From Gemmatimonadales bacterium (lineage in GTDB: Bacteria; Gemmatimonadota; Gemmatimonadetes; Gemmatimonadales; GWC2-71-9): 64,000 nucleotides of DNA. Numbering within the stretch: position 1 is the stretch's first letter; every line of letters begins with the position of its first letter. The translations under genes and the position numbers were made by a program. The DNA is taken from NCBI GenBank assembly GCA_041615815.1, contig JBFJCP010000012.1, forward strand, positions 45,533-109,532, given 5' to 3'. Below are positions 47,782 to 57,511 of the stretch, piece by piece. Under the pieces are notes generated by a model. That model worked only from the letters and a program-made list of their open reading frames with translations. It searched no databases and had not been told where the DNA came from.

Positions 47782-48516
47782 CTACGTCACGAGCCCCCGA
47801 AGCGCTTGGGAACCGGTTCGGCTCGCCACCACCGTCGAGCCGTCCCTGAGTTGCACGGCGACCCGCCGATCGTCGTACGGCTCGATGGTAGAGACGAAAT
47901 CCAGGTTGATGATGTGCTGGCGGTGGATGCGGCGAAACCGTTCCCCGTCGAGGCGTCCCTCGAGCTCGCTCAGCGAAACGTTCAACAGATACCGACCCCG
48001 CTCCGTGTGGGCGGCCACATAGCTACCGCTGGCTTCAAATCGGACCACCGATTCCAGGGTGAAGGGAACGATCTTGGTGCCGACGCGGGCAAACAGCCGG
48101 CGTACGGGCCCCGCACCCAGGGCCTCGCGCGCCCGCACGACCACGGCGTCGCCCTCTGGCTCCAGGAGCCGGCGGCGAACCCGTTCGAGCATGGCGTGGA
48201 ATCGCTTTCGACCGAACGGCTTGACGAGATAATCGATGGCTTCGAGCTCGAAGGCGGTCACCGCGTATTGATCGTAGGCCGTGGTGAAGACGACCGCCGG
48301 CACGTGCTCCGTCTGCTCCAAGACCTCTAAACCGGTGAGCTCCGGCATCTGGACATCGAGGAAGATGAGATCCGGCTCGAGCTTATTGATGAGCCTGAGC
48401 GCCACCCGCCCGTCCTCCGCCTCCCCAACGATCTCGAGCCAGTCGACCTCGCCCGCGAGCTCGCGCAGCGTTTGGCGCGCTAGCGGCTCATCCTCGGCAA
48501 TTAGGGCGCGGACCAT
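47782..48516 (-). CDS. LytTR family response regulator
   Basis: AEDEPLAR, FLDVQMP, TTAYD, YLVKP, FRRIHRQHIIN. Confidence 0.95.
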   Translation of the reverse strand: MVRALIAEDEPLARQTLRELAGEVDWLEIVGEAEDGRVALRLINKLEPDLIFLDVQMPELTGLEVLEQTEHVPAVVFTTAYDQYAVTAFELEAIDYLVKPFGRKRFHAMLERVRRRLLEPEGDAVVVRAREALGAGPVRRLFARVGTKIVPFTLESVVRFEASGSYVAAHTERGRYLLNVSLSELEGRLDGERFRRIHRQHIINLDFVSTIEPYDDRRVAVQLRDGSTVVASRTGSQALRGLVT

Positions 48517-49613
48517 ACGCGGATGCCCGGTGGAGTCGTGAACTGATGCCTCGCGGGGAACGACAACCGAACGATGAACCCTTGTCCCGGGGCCGTTTCG
48601 AATTCGAAACGGCCCCGATCGCCGTACAGCGCCTCCACTCGCTGTCGGACCAACTTGAGTCCCATGCGACCGTTGGAGCGCACGGCCGCAGGATCGGCAC
48701 CAGGACCGTCATCGCGCACCTCGAGACGGAGTTCCCCGTGTGCCAAGCCCGCGCCAATCCAGATCGTGCCACCACCAGCTCTCGGGGCAACCGCGTGCCG
48801 GATGGCATTCTCGACGAGTGGTTGGAGGCAAAACGCGGGCGCCACGCTCTCCAAGGTCGCATCCTCGATAGCCGCATGTACCCGGAGCCTATCGCCAATC
48901 CGCAGTGACTCGAGGGCCAGGTAGTTCTGCACGAACTCCCATTCCTCGCCAAACGTGACTTCGTCCCGAGTTTCTTGATGCACCCGCGACGCGTATCGGA
49001 GGAGATCCGCAAACTGCTCGATGGCATCCTCGGCCGCCTCGGAATCCTTGCGGACGAGGGCGATCAGAGAATGGAGGGTATTGAACAGGAAATGCGGATT
49101 GAGTTGCGCGCGGAGTGCCTGGAGCTCCGCTCGGGCCCGAAGACCCTCCGCCCGCGCGGCCCGATGCTCCTCTTCACGCAATCGGGTGGTCGAGCGAAAC
49201 GCGTACGTGAGACTCCCGAGAATCGTGTAGATCATGAGGGACATGAAAAAGTGCCACGGGAGCATGGCCGCAATCGAGGCGGACTCTGGGAAGTGCTTGC
49301 CCACGATGGGCCAGGTCGCCGTGTATATCCCGAATTCCGCAAGACCCACGAGAACGGCATACACCACCACCCCACCCAGGTGGATCCCGAGAAACCGGAC
49401 CACCGACGCGGTGCGCCACTCGACCCGCGAGCAGAGCCACACGACACCGATACCGACCACCGCGGATGGCAGCACGGCGTTCAGCGCCACGATAAACCCC
49501 GGACCCGGCGGCATCTCTCCACTCAGGAGAAACGCCGTAGCATAGACCCCGAGGTAGGGAACCCAGGCCGCCCCATAGAACAGCCAGAACCGCCGACCAC
49601 CGTGTGGGATCAT
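48501..49613 (-). CDS. LytS-type sensor histidine kinase
   Basis: LRAQLNPHFLFNTL, LQPLVENAIRH, DDGPG; N-terminal TM segments. Confidence 0.95.
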   Translation of the reverse strand: MIPHGGRRFWLFYGAAWVPYLGVYATAFLLSGEMPPGPGFIVALNAVLPSAVVGIGVVWLCSRVEWRTASVVRFLGIHLGGVVVYAVLVGLAEFGIYTATWPIVGKHFPESASIAAMLPWHFFMSLMIYTILGSLTYAFRSTTRLREEEHRAARAEGLRARAELQALRAQLNPHFLFNTLHSLIALVRKDSEAAEDAIEQFADLLRYASRVHQETRDEVTFGEEWEFVQNYLALESLRIGDRLRVHAAIEDATLESVAPAFCLQPLVENAIRHAVAPRAGGGTIWIGAGLAHGELRLEVRDDGPGADPAAVRSNGRMGLKLVRQRVEALYGDRGRFEFETAPGQGFIVRLSFPARHQFTTPPGIRVWSAP

Positions 49614-50367
49614 GCCTGGCAGCGCCTTGCGTCAACGGTGCGCGTACACATCACTCAGAATGATATGGCCGTAGCCCGGATGAAGCACTAGGTCCCCCGC
49701 TGATTCCGCCCGGCCGCGCATCGCTGCCAGTCGGATGGGAGACGCATGGCCGCCACCAACCACCGACTCACGAACCCGGCGTACGCGATGCTGTCAACTT
49801 TCTGGCTGTCCCATCCTGCGGAGCCCCATCTCGACCACGAGTGCTCCCGGTGTGCCTGCCCAACTCGAGGTTCTCCGTCCGGTTCGTATGTCATGGCTGG
49901 ATGGCTCCAACGTTGGTGTGCGGATCACGGAGGTATAGCGTTGGCGCACCTGGCCCGAAGCAAAGCCCGTGCAACGGGGCCACTATCGTACCGATGGACT
50001 GACCGGACCCGTCCAGGACGTGGAATACGTGCCGCATCCGCGACACGCAGTCCCTTCGACCAAGAGCCCAGCGGAAAAGCGACCGTTCGCGCCCCGCCAC
50101 GTCGACGGCCCGGCACGTCATCAATCGTTCGTTCTCACCGCCGTTCACCATCGTGCGCTCCCGCTTCGAGCCCCTATTCCTCAGCCTACACGGTTCCATA
50201 ATTAGCCGGTCATGCGCCCCACTCCAGACCGAAGAGGACGAGTGGGCGCATGGCCTCCTCCAGCGGGCCGGGGACCCTCCTGATCGGCGTGTGCCGACCT
50301 AGAGGGGGCGGCGCAGACGCTTTGGTTTGGCTGTATACTCCGCCGGGACGTCAACTCGGAGCTCGAT

Positions 50368-51699
50368 CTGGAGCGCACCACTCGATCGATTCTCATCTTC
50401 TGGGCACCGCTCGCGGCTACATGGTTGATGATGGCCTCCGAGGGGCCCTTTCTCGCTGCCATCATTGCCCGCCTGCCCGATCCGAAGTTCAATCTGGCCG
50501 CCTGGGGGGTGTCGGTCGCGTTCGCCATACTCGTGGAAGCACCGGTGATCATGATCATGAGTGCGTCCACCGCACTCGTGGAGGATGCCAAGAGTTACCG
50601 CAAGCTCCGGAACTTCACGCAGGCGCTGAACGCGTTGGTCACGGCGGCGATGCTTCTCGTCCTCGTCCCACCGGTATTTCGTTTTCTGTTGCAGGATCTG
50701 GTCGGCCTGACCGGTGAGGTCGCGCACCTCACCTACGGAGCGCTCCTCATCCTGCTGCCATGGCCAGGTGCCATCGGATATCGGCGCTTTTTCCAGGGAC
50801 TCCTGATTCGCGCAGAACGAACCCGATTGGTCGCCTACGGCACTGTCATTCGCCTGACGACGATGGCAGCCACCGCTCTGATGCTTTACCTCGTCTTTGC
50901 CCTGCCCGGTGCGTTCGTGGGGGCCGCCGCCCTGTCCGTGGGGGTGTGCGTCGAGGCCATCGCCTCGCGAATCATGGCTCACCGCACGGTCCGTGAGCTC
51001 CTTGGAACCACCGACCGTGCCAGGGACGCGGCGCTGGGCTACCGCGGCATCGCACGGTTTTACTACCCACTCGCGCTCACCTCCATGATCGGACTCGTGG
51101 TTCCACCGATGCTCACGTTCTTCATGGGGCGCGCACGATTTCCGGTTGAGTCACTCGCCGTCTACCCAGTCGTCAACGCGCTGTCGTTCATGTTTCGCGC
51201 GTTGGGATTGAGCTATCAGGAAGTGGCGATCGCCCTGCTCGGGAAACGTCAGGAGCACGCGGGCTCCGTGGGGCGCTTCGCACTCGGGCTCGGGTTGGCG
51301 GCCTCGGCCGCGTATGCCGTCATTGCGTTCACGCCGCTCGCCCACTTCTGGTTTCAAACGGTGTCGGGCCTGAGCAGCGAGCTTACCGGATTTGCCCTCG
51401 CGCCAACTCGGATCCTCGTCGCGATCCCTGCGCTGTCCGTGTTCCTCTCGTTTCAGCGGGCCATCCTCGTGAGCGGTCACATGACCCGCCCCATCACGCT
51501 CGCCACCGCGCTCGAGGTCATCGGCATTGCCGCCCTGTTCCTGGGGCTCGCCCGTGGTCTGAATCTCGTGGGCGTCACTGCAGCGGCGATCGCGTTCACC
51601 GGAGGTCGTCTCGCAGGCACCGTCTATTTGGTGCGGCCGTGTCGCCGGGTTCTCGACAGGGCCGCGAGCGAGCCGCTGAACGCCGCCGCCAGCCGTTGA
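50368..51699 (+). CDS. MATE/MOP-superfamily membrane transporter (probable CTG start)
   Basis: About 12 TM segments. In-frame SILIFWAPLAATWLMM precedes the first canonical start; CTG 50368 has a GGAG RBS. Confidence 0.8.
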   Translation: MERTTRSILIFWAPLAATWLMMASEGPFLAAIIARLPDPKFNLAAWGVSVAFAILVEAPVIMIMSASTALVEDAKSYRKLRNFTQALNALVTAAMLLVLVPPVFRFLLQDLVGLTGEVAHLTYGALLILLPWPGAIGYRRFFQGLLIRAERTRLVAYGTVIRLTTMAATALMLYLVFALPGAFVGAAALSVGVCVEAIASRIMAHRTVRELLGTTDRARDAALGYRGIARFYYPLALTSMIGLVVPPMLTFFMGRARFPVESLAVYPVVNALSFMFRALGLSYQEVAIALLGKRQEHAGSVGRFALGLGLAASAAYAVIAFTPLAHFWFQTVSGLSSELTGFALAPTRILVAIPALSVFLSFQRAILVSGHMTRPITLATALEVIGIAALFLGLARGLNLVGVTAAAIAFTGGRLAGTVYLVRPCRRVLDRAASEPLNAAASR

Positions 51700-51870
51700 C
51701 GAGCCGCTCGCGTTTCTCGGCGGTTCGGCCCGCCGGCGGATCGCCAATCGGCTGCCAGCTACTTCCTACCCTCTGCCCCTCCCACGCCCCTGCACCCTCG
51801 ACACCCTTCCGGCTGGCTTTTCGCCACATGAGCACTTTCATTACCACTGGAACTGACGGAAGACACCCCG

Positions 51871-52428
51871 ATGACTCGCTCCGATGTCACCCAGGCCCTG
51901 GTCGAGCTCTCTGACGGTGACCGCGGCGCGCTAGATCGCCTCCTCCCCATGGTGTACGACCATCTGCGCGGACTCGCTGAGCGCGAGCTGCGGCGGGAGC
52001 GTGCCCACCACACCCTCACACCCACGGCCCTGGTGCATGAGGCCTACCTGAAACTCGTGCAACTCGATCGGATCTCCTGGCGCGGGCGTGCCCACTTCTT
52101 CGGTGCCTGCGCCCAGGCTATGCGCCGGATCCTGATCAGCTACGCTCGCATGAAGAAAGCGGATAAGCGCGGGGCAGGGATCGAGCCGGTCCCCATTGAC
52201 GATGTGATGATCGCAGCGCAAACCCGTCCCGGGGATCTCGTGGCGTTGGATGAGGCCTTGGATCGGCTTGCGCAGATGAGCGAACGGCAAGCTCGAATCG
52301 TCGAGTGCCGATTCTTTGCCGGGATGGGTGTGGAGGAAACCGCCGAGGCCTTGGACGTTTCACCAGCCACAGTGAAACGTGACTGGACCGCGGCGAGAGC
52401 TTGGCTGAACAAGGAGCTCAGGAGCTAG
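51871..52428 (+). CDS. ECF-type sigma factor (TIGR02999 family)
   Basis: VYDHLRGLA, HTLTPTALVHEAYLKL, RAHFF, VECRFFAG, TVKRDWTAARAWL. Confidence 0.93.
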   Translation: MTRSDVTQALVELSDGDRGALDRLLPMVYDHLRGLAERELRRERAHHTLTPTALVHEAYLKLVQLDRISWRGRAHFFGACAQAMRRILISYARMKKADKRGAGIEPVPIDDVMIAAQTRPGDLVALDEALDRLAQMSERQARIVECRFFAGMGVEETAEALDVSPATVKRDWTAARAWLNKELRS

Positions 52429-52539
52429 GCGCATGACCCCCAAGTCTTGGTTGTGACCGTCGTCACTACCTCGGCAGCGGGATTCCCGTTTCTTGCCATC
52501 GAAGTGAAACGACTCACCGGGACGAGCGGAGCCGCCGGG

Positions 52540-52740
52540 ATGTCTCAGCAACGGAACGTCATCTTCCACGGAATCGTGGGCGCCATGCTCGGCGCGTTGA
52601 TCGCCGCCAGCGTGCAGCTGTGGGTCACACCGGTCAACTGGATCTTCGTTGCGGTGCTCGCGGTGGCCGGATTCGGCTACGCCGCCTTCTACGGGGAGCG
52701 CTCGATCCGGCTCCTCGGCAAGATCCTCTGGTGGTCCTGA
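52540..52740 (+). CDS. Small membrane protein
   Basis: GGAG RBS; two hydrophobic segments. Confidence 0.55.
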   Translation: MSQQRNVIFHGIVGAMLGALIAASVQLWVTPVNWIFVAVLAVAGFGYAAFYGERSIRLLGKILWWS

Positions 52741-52750
52741 CCCGGCCCCG

Positions 52751-53578
52751 TCAGACCGCACCCTCCTCGTAGAGAGCGGCGAGCCGCCGGAGCGTGTCCT
52801 CGGTGTTGCCCGTCCCCTCCGCGGTTCGCAGCATCTCGATGACGACGTGGGGAACGGCGCCGGTCGCGGCCAGCGTATCGGCCAGGGGCTGCTGGCGCCA
52901 TGCCGGTCGGGGGATAGCACGAAGTCGAGCCTCCAGCGTGGGGCGATCTAGCACGTCAGTGGCCAACCAGACTGCCTCGTCGAGGGACGTACCAGTCTCG
53001 AGGACGATCGCCAGCGCGCGGCAGAATCGCGACATCGCCCAGCGCTGCTTGGACCGTTCCCGGCTGAAGAGCCCCAGCGCCGAGATCGCTCCCAGGGCGA
53101 GAGCCAGGACGAATGCCGGAACGGCCGCCGCCAGGTACCGGAGCATCGTGCCGTTCACCGCCAGCGGGATCGGCGCAATGAGCGCAACCGCGGCGAGACT
53201 GGCCACCGGGTACGCCATGACCCGCCTGGCCTCGAGCAGCACACGCCACTCGAGCTCGTACAGTTCGCGAAGCCCCTGCAGGCACTCGTCGAGCCTCCCA
53301 CGGCGTTCGCCGAGCTCGATCAGGGCCATCTCCACGCGCGAGAACGAGACCGGCGCGGCCCGCACCGACTCGGCGAGCGTCTGCCCACCCTCCAGACCTC
53401 GCACGAGGTGCCGGACCCGCGTTTGGACCGCCGTGCTCTCGCTCTCGGCTCCGAGCAGCCTGAGCGTCTCGCGCCAAGACAGCCCGGCGGACAACGCGAG
53501 GCGCCACCGGGCATAGAGTCGCGCGATGGCGTCACTCTGCCGGGCCTCCATCAGTGCCGTAAGGGAGCGTCGGCGCAT
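52751..53578 (-). CDS. Type II secretion system F / PilC-like protein
   Basis: GLEGGQTLAES, LIELGERRGRLDECL, MAYP, MLRTAEGTG; two T2SSF domains. Confidence 0.8.
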   Translation of the reverse strand: MRRRSLTALMEARQSDAIARLYARWRLALSAGLSWRETLRLLGAESESTAVQTRVRHLVRGLEGGQTLAESVRAAPVSFSRVEMALIELGERRGRLDECLQGLRELYELEWRVLLEARRVMAYPVASLAAVALIAPIPLAVNGTMLRYLAAAVPAFVLALALGAISALGLFSRERSKQRWAMSRFCRALAIVLETGTSLDEAVWLATDVLDRPTLEARLRAIPRPAWRQQPLADTLAATGAVPHVVIEMLRTAEGTGNTEDTLRRLAALYEEGAV

Positions 53579-53663
53579 AGTGTGGGGACAACTTAATGGG
53601 GGAAACACGGTCCAAGGCAGGCCGCCAGCCTCAGCCCGAACGCAGCGGGAGCAACGCCGACGC

Positions 53664-54098
53664 CTAGGGACCGCCCGCGAGTGAGGCAGCGGCGGTGCAG
53701 TCGGTAAACGCCGGATGCGAGTGGGGCATCACACCGCCGGTGAGGTGATGCAGCATTTCGTGTTTCACTGCCGGCGCCGATGTCAGATAAAACTGTTCGA
53801 GGACAATGGTGTTGGGTGCAGCCCAGATCCCAAACACGTCTTCACCGTTCAGCGTGACCTGATCACCCGTGAACCAGCGAATCTCGCCAAACCGGCCTTG
53901 GATACCCACACAGGTCTCGAGGTTGTGCCACCACACGCGGTAGATGGGTGGTGGGGTCAGCTCACGTAGGGGGGAGAGCTCGAACAGGGTGGAGTCACAC
54001 GCGGCGCTCGAGACCACGAGCAGCGCCACCAGGATCCCGCTCCGCCAGCGGCGCGCGGCGGATCTCGCAGAGTTCAGAATGCTCACGCAGTCGATCAT
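53664..54098 (-). CDS. Hypothetical lipoprotein with an HExxH motif
   Basis: GGGAGG RBS, SAAC lipobox, KHEMLHH. Confidence 0.7.
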   Translation of the reverse strand: MIDCVSILNSARSAARRWRSGILVALLVVSSAACDSTLFELSPLRELTPPPIYRVWWHNLETCVGIQGRFGEIRWFTGDQVTLNGEDVFGIWAAPNTIVLEQFYLTSAPAVKHEMLHHLTGGVMPHSHPAFTDCTAAASLAGGP

Positions 54099-54176
54099 GG
54101 TGCCTCCCTGGGGCGTGGTCGTGCCCGCGCCTGCCTCCAGGGGCCTCTCTGGTGGACGGAGCCGTGACGCCCATAA

Positions 54177-54192
54177 AGCAAACTCCGGACCG
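54177..54192 (-). promoter_or_regulatory. Putative sigma54 (-24/-12) promoter
   Basis: Minus strand C-GG-TCCGGAGTTT-GC-T (GG-N10-GC with TTTGC). Confidence 0.45.
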
Positions 54193-54195
54193 GTA

Positions 54196-54211
54196 TGTGA
54201 TCCAGATCACA
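54196..54211. promoter_or_regulatory. CRP-family binding site
   Basis: TGTGATCCAGATCACA, one mismatch from the consensus TGTGATCTAGATCACA. Confidence 0.7.
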
Positions 54212-54401
54212 CTTTGGAGCAACCACATAAACATTATGTTTTCAACAGGTTAGCCGAACTGTTGGGGGTCGGTAGCACGCGGTCGTCGCATTGCCGTGGA
54301 CCGCGCAACACGGGTGAGGCGCCCAGCCCTCCACGGCCGCTGCAAAGCGGAAGAGCCGACCCGTGGGCCGGCTCTTGGCGTCACGTCGCGGCACCGTTGG
54401 C

Positions 54402-56858
54402 TTACGGGAGCAGCCGTTCTTCTCGCTTCTTGAGGATGAACACGCCTTCCCGCATGCTCGTCACCACGATATTGCCGCTCTGGAAGAAGGGGTAGTTGCT
54501 CCACGAACCCGAGAAGCCCGGCGCGTCCTCCCCGTGGGGCACCGTGTCGAAATACCCGACCTCCCGCGGATTGGCGGGATCGCGGACGTCGATGATCCGG
54601 ATACCCGCGACGTAGTTCGACTCGTAGAGGTATGGGCCCCGCACGTACAGATTGTGGTCCGTCGCGCGGGTTTCGCCGAGGTACTCTTTGATGAGCACGG
54701 GATCGTCGAGATCCTGGATGTCCCACACCAGGGTCCGGCTCCTCGGAGCCACACCGGCAATCTCGTCGCCCTCGTCATTCGAGAAGAAATACTTGTGGTC
54801 CTCCGAGATCCATCCCTGATGAGCGTAGACGACGTTGGGATAGCTGGCCGACGCCAGTGCCACGGGGTTGGCTTTATCCGTCACGTCCGCGATGCTGAGG
54901 GCGTTCTCGTTGGCCCCAAAGCAGATTTCTTTTCCTTGGTGCTCTTGGTCAGGACCGCGGTACACGGTGCACATCGCATCGTGCGAGTACCCCGTGCCAG
55001 CGTTACCTGTATTGGTATCGGCGAAGCAACCCGCGAACACCGGGTTCTTGGGATCGCGAATGTCGATCATGTGCAACCCACCACCACAGGTTTCGCCCCC
55101 CATGCTTGCGCCAATCACAAACGCAAAGCCGGTCTCCTCGTTGATGGCGATGTTGTGAGCACTGTGAATACGGTCGTAGTGCGCGGTTTCGGAGAACGTG
55201 ACCGGTGCCCCTTGCACGTTTCGAAGCTGCGTGAGATCGAAGACCTGCACGCCGTGGGGCCCCGCCCCATCGGAGACGATGAACGCGTGATTGGCGTACA
55301 CTTTGATGTCCCGCCACAGATTTAGCGTCGCGCCCTGGTGAAGCGGTAATTCTCCCAGATAAACCGGGTTGGCCGGGTCGCTCATGTCGATGAACGTGGT
55401 CGCGTCGAACCGCCCCACGATGGCGTATTCCTTCCCCGTGTCCGGGTCGGTCCATCCCCACACATCGTTGACCTGTATTCCCCGTTTGCCACCGAGGGCG
55501 CTCAGCGGGAGGAACGACACCAGATCGACCTCCGAACAGGTGAAGGCGCTTACCATGCCACCCTCGCAATCCATCGGCCCTCCCACGATGGGCTCGAGCC
55601 CGGGGTCGGAATCGACCAGCGTGCGGTCGGCTCGCCACGAGCCTGTGGCGGCGTCTTTGACGTAGAGGTAGCCGGTTCCCTCAAAGAAATCCCCACCAGG
55701 AGCACCGATGAGCGCAATGTCGTTTCGGCCGGCGAGTGACTGACCGAACGAGGCGCCGAGCGTCGGCGTCGCAATGTCCAGGCGTTGGGTTTCCGACCAC
55801 GCGCCCGTGGGCCGATCCTGTCGGAAGACGAAGGCCGCTCCCGCCAGATTGCTCGCGGCCGGCGCGCCGATCAGCAAATCCGGACCGCCCTTGGCCATGG
55901 AGAACCCGAAGAGTGAGAGCGCTGGCTGCGATGGGGCGAGCGTGGCCGTCTGCGTCCACACACCCCCCTCTCGTTCAAAGTGAAAGACCGCCCCTACCCC
56001 GCGTCTCGTGAGCGGCGCTCCTACCAAGGCACCCGTCCAATCGAGGCTCACTGCGATGCCCTGCGAAACCGCGGTGCTGTCGGCGGCAACCAGGCGGGCT
56101 TCCTCGCGGAACTCACTTCCAGAGCGTCCGAAGACGTACGCCGCACCGGGGCGAAATTGGGGTTGGGGTCCCACGAGGGCCAGCACGGCATGCGGGCCGG
56201 GCGCACCGACCAATGCCATGTCCCGACTTAGGTCCACCGACGCGCCAAAGCGGTCACCCGACCCCCCCGCGGCGGGCCCGAGCGTCTCGGCTTCGATCCA
56301 CGCCCCTTCCACCTGCCGGAACACGAAGACGGCGCCACGGGCGTCGCCGTGTCCCGGAGCTCCTACGAGCGCCACCCCGTCATGCACGGCGACCGCCCAT
56401 CCTACATGATCTCCCTCAGCCGCGGCGCGGGGGACGAGCCGACCACGGTGTGCCCACTGGGCACCGGTACGCTCGAACACGTAGACGGCGCCACGCTCGT
56501 TGGCGTGTTTGGGAGCGCCCACCAACATGAGATTGCCCTCCACCGCCAGCGCGGCGCCAAACGCGTCGCCGACAACCACGTCGGCTACGGTGAGCGTGGC
56601 CGTCTGCGCCCATGATCCGTCTGCACTCCGACTGAAGACCGTCACGGCCCCCGGCTGCATTGGCGGCATGGGGAAGGCGCCGAGCTCGCCCGGGCGACCC
56701 ACATAAATCTCCTCGCCGGCCATCACCACGGAGGAAGCGAAACCAACCATGGGGAGCGCCGCTGGCGCGGCGGTTCGATACGTCTGAGCCGATAACGGCG
56801 CGGTGACGGCGACACACAGTGCCGCCGCTAGGCACGAACAAGAGCGGATCATCGTCAT
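54402..56858 (-). CDS. Choice-of-anchor B family protein with N-terminal FG-GAP repeats
   Basis: Repeated FG...LVGAP...GAVYVF; NDVWGWTDP, WRDIKVY, AHNI, YSHDAMC, HQGW, NDEGDE, WSNYPFF. Confidence 0.88.
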   Translation of the reverse strand: MTMIRSCSCLAAALCVAVTAPLSAQTYRTAAPAALPMVGFASSVVMAGEEIYVGRPGELGAFPMPPMQPGAVTVFSRSADGSWAQTATLTVADVVVGDAFGAALAVEGNLMLVGAPKHANERGAVYVFERTGAQWAHRGRLVPRAAAEGDHVGWAVAVHDGVALVGAPGHGDARGAVFVFRQVEGAWIEAETLGPAAGGSGDRFGASVDLSRDMALVGAPGPHAVLALVGPQPQFRPGAAYVFGRSGSEFREEARLVAADSTAVSQGIAVSLDWTGALVGAPLTRRGVGAVFHFEREGGVWTQTATLAPSQPALSLFGFSMAKGGPDLLIGAPAASNLAGAAFVFRQDRPTGAWSETQRLDIATPTLGASFGQSLAGRNDIALIGAPGGDFFEGTGYLYVKDAATGSWRADRTLVDSDPGLEPIVGGPMDCEGGMVSAFTCSEVDLVSFLPLSALGGKRGIQVNDVWGWTDPDTGKEYAIVGRFDATTFIDMSDPANPVYLGELPLHQGATLNLWRDIKVYANHAFIVSDGAGPHGVQVFDLTQLRNVQGAPVTFSETAHYDRIHSAHNIAINEETGFAFVIGASMGGETCGGGLHMIDIRDPKNPVFAGCFADTNTGNAGTGYSHDAMCTVYRGPDQEHQGKEICFGANENALSIADVTDKANPVALASASYPNVVYAHQGWISEDHKYFFSNDEGDEIAGVAPRSRTLVWDIQDLDDPVLIKEYLGETRATDHNLYVRGPYLYESNYVAGIRIIDVRDPANPREVGYFDTVPHGEDAPGFSGSWSNYPFFQSGNIVVTSMREGVFILKKREERLLP

Positions 56859-57008
56859 GATTTGGCCTCTTACAAGCACACGGGAACAGGAACGTGAAGA
56901 AGTGTCGCTGGGAACGCAGCGAGCGGCAAGTCACGAGACCGAGCTTCGCGAGTCCCTGACACGAGCCTAACCGAGCGACCACCTCCGCCATCTCCGTCAC
57001 ACGTATAC

Positions 57009-57419
57009 ATGGTCTCTCGGCCTCAGCACGTGATGGGAGACATCGTGAAACACCTGAAGACGGTTCTACTGTGGGTGTTGGCGTTGTTCATTGCGCTGGT
57101 GATGATCCAGCAGGGTTTCGCCAAATTCTCACCGGATGGACGGTGGGCCCGCTCGTTTGCCACCTGGGGGTACCCCGTCTGGTTCCGGGTACTCGTGGGA
57201 GCGATCGAGACGGGGGGTGGCGCGCTCCTCTTGGTCCCTCCGTTGGCCACCTATGCCGCGGTGGCGCTCGTGACCATCATGCTCGGCGCCGCGGGGACGC
57301 TGCTCCTGGACGGGCGCGTGGTCGACGCGGCCACACCGGTCGCGTATGGCGTCGTGCTACTCTGGATCGCGTGGGAGCGACGCGCCCAGCGCGTCCGGCA
57401 CCGGCCCCGAGCGCCGTGA
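57009..57419 (+). CDS. DoxX family membrane protein
   Basis: FATWGYPVWFRVLVGAIE, LLLVP. Start uncertain. Confidence 0.8.
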   Translation: MVSRPQHVMGDIVKHLKTVLLWVLALFIALVMIQQGFAKFSPDGRWARSFATWGYPVWFRVLVGAIETGGGALLLVPPLATYAAVALVTIMLGAAGTLLLDGRVVDAATPVAYGVVLLWIAWERRAQRVRHRPRAP

Positions 57420-57511
57420 TACCGGACCGACTTGAAGGTCGGCCGGGGACGGGGGAAGCTTTGTGACGGGGTTGGCATCGTGCGCCAAGACGGGGACCTA
57501 TCTTGAGCCCC

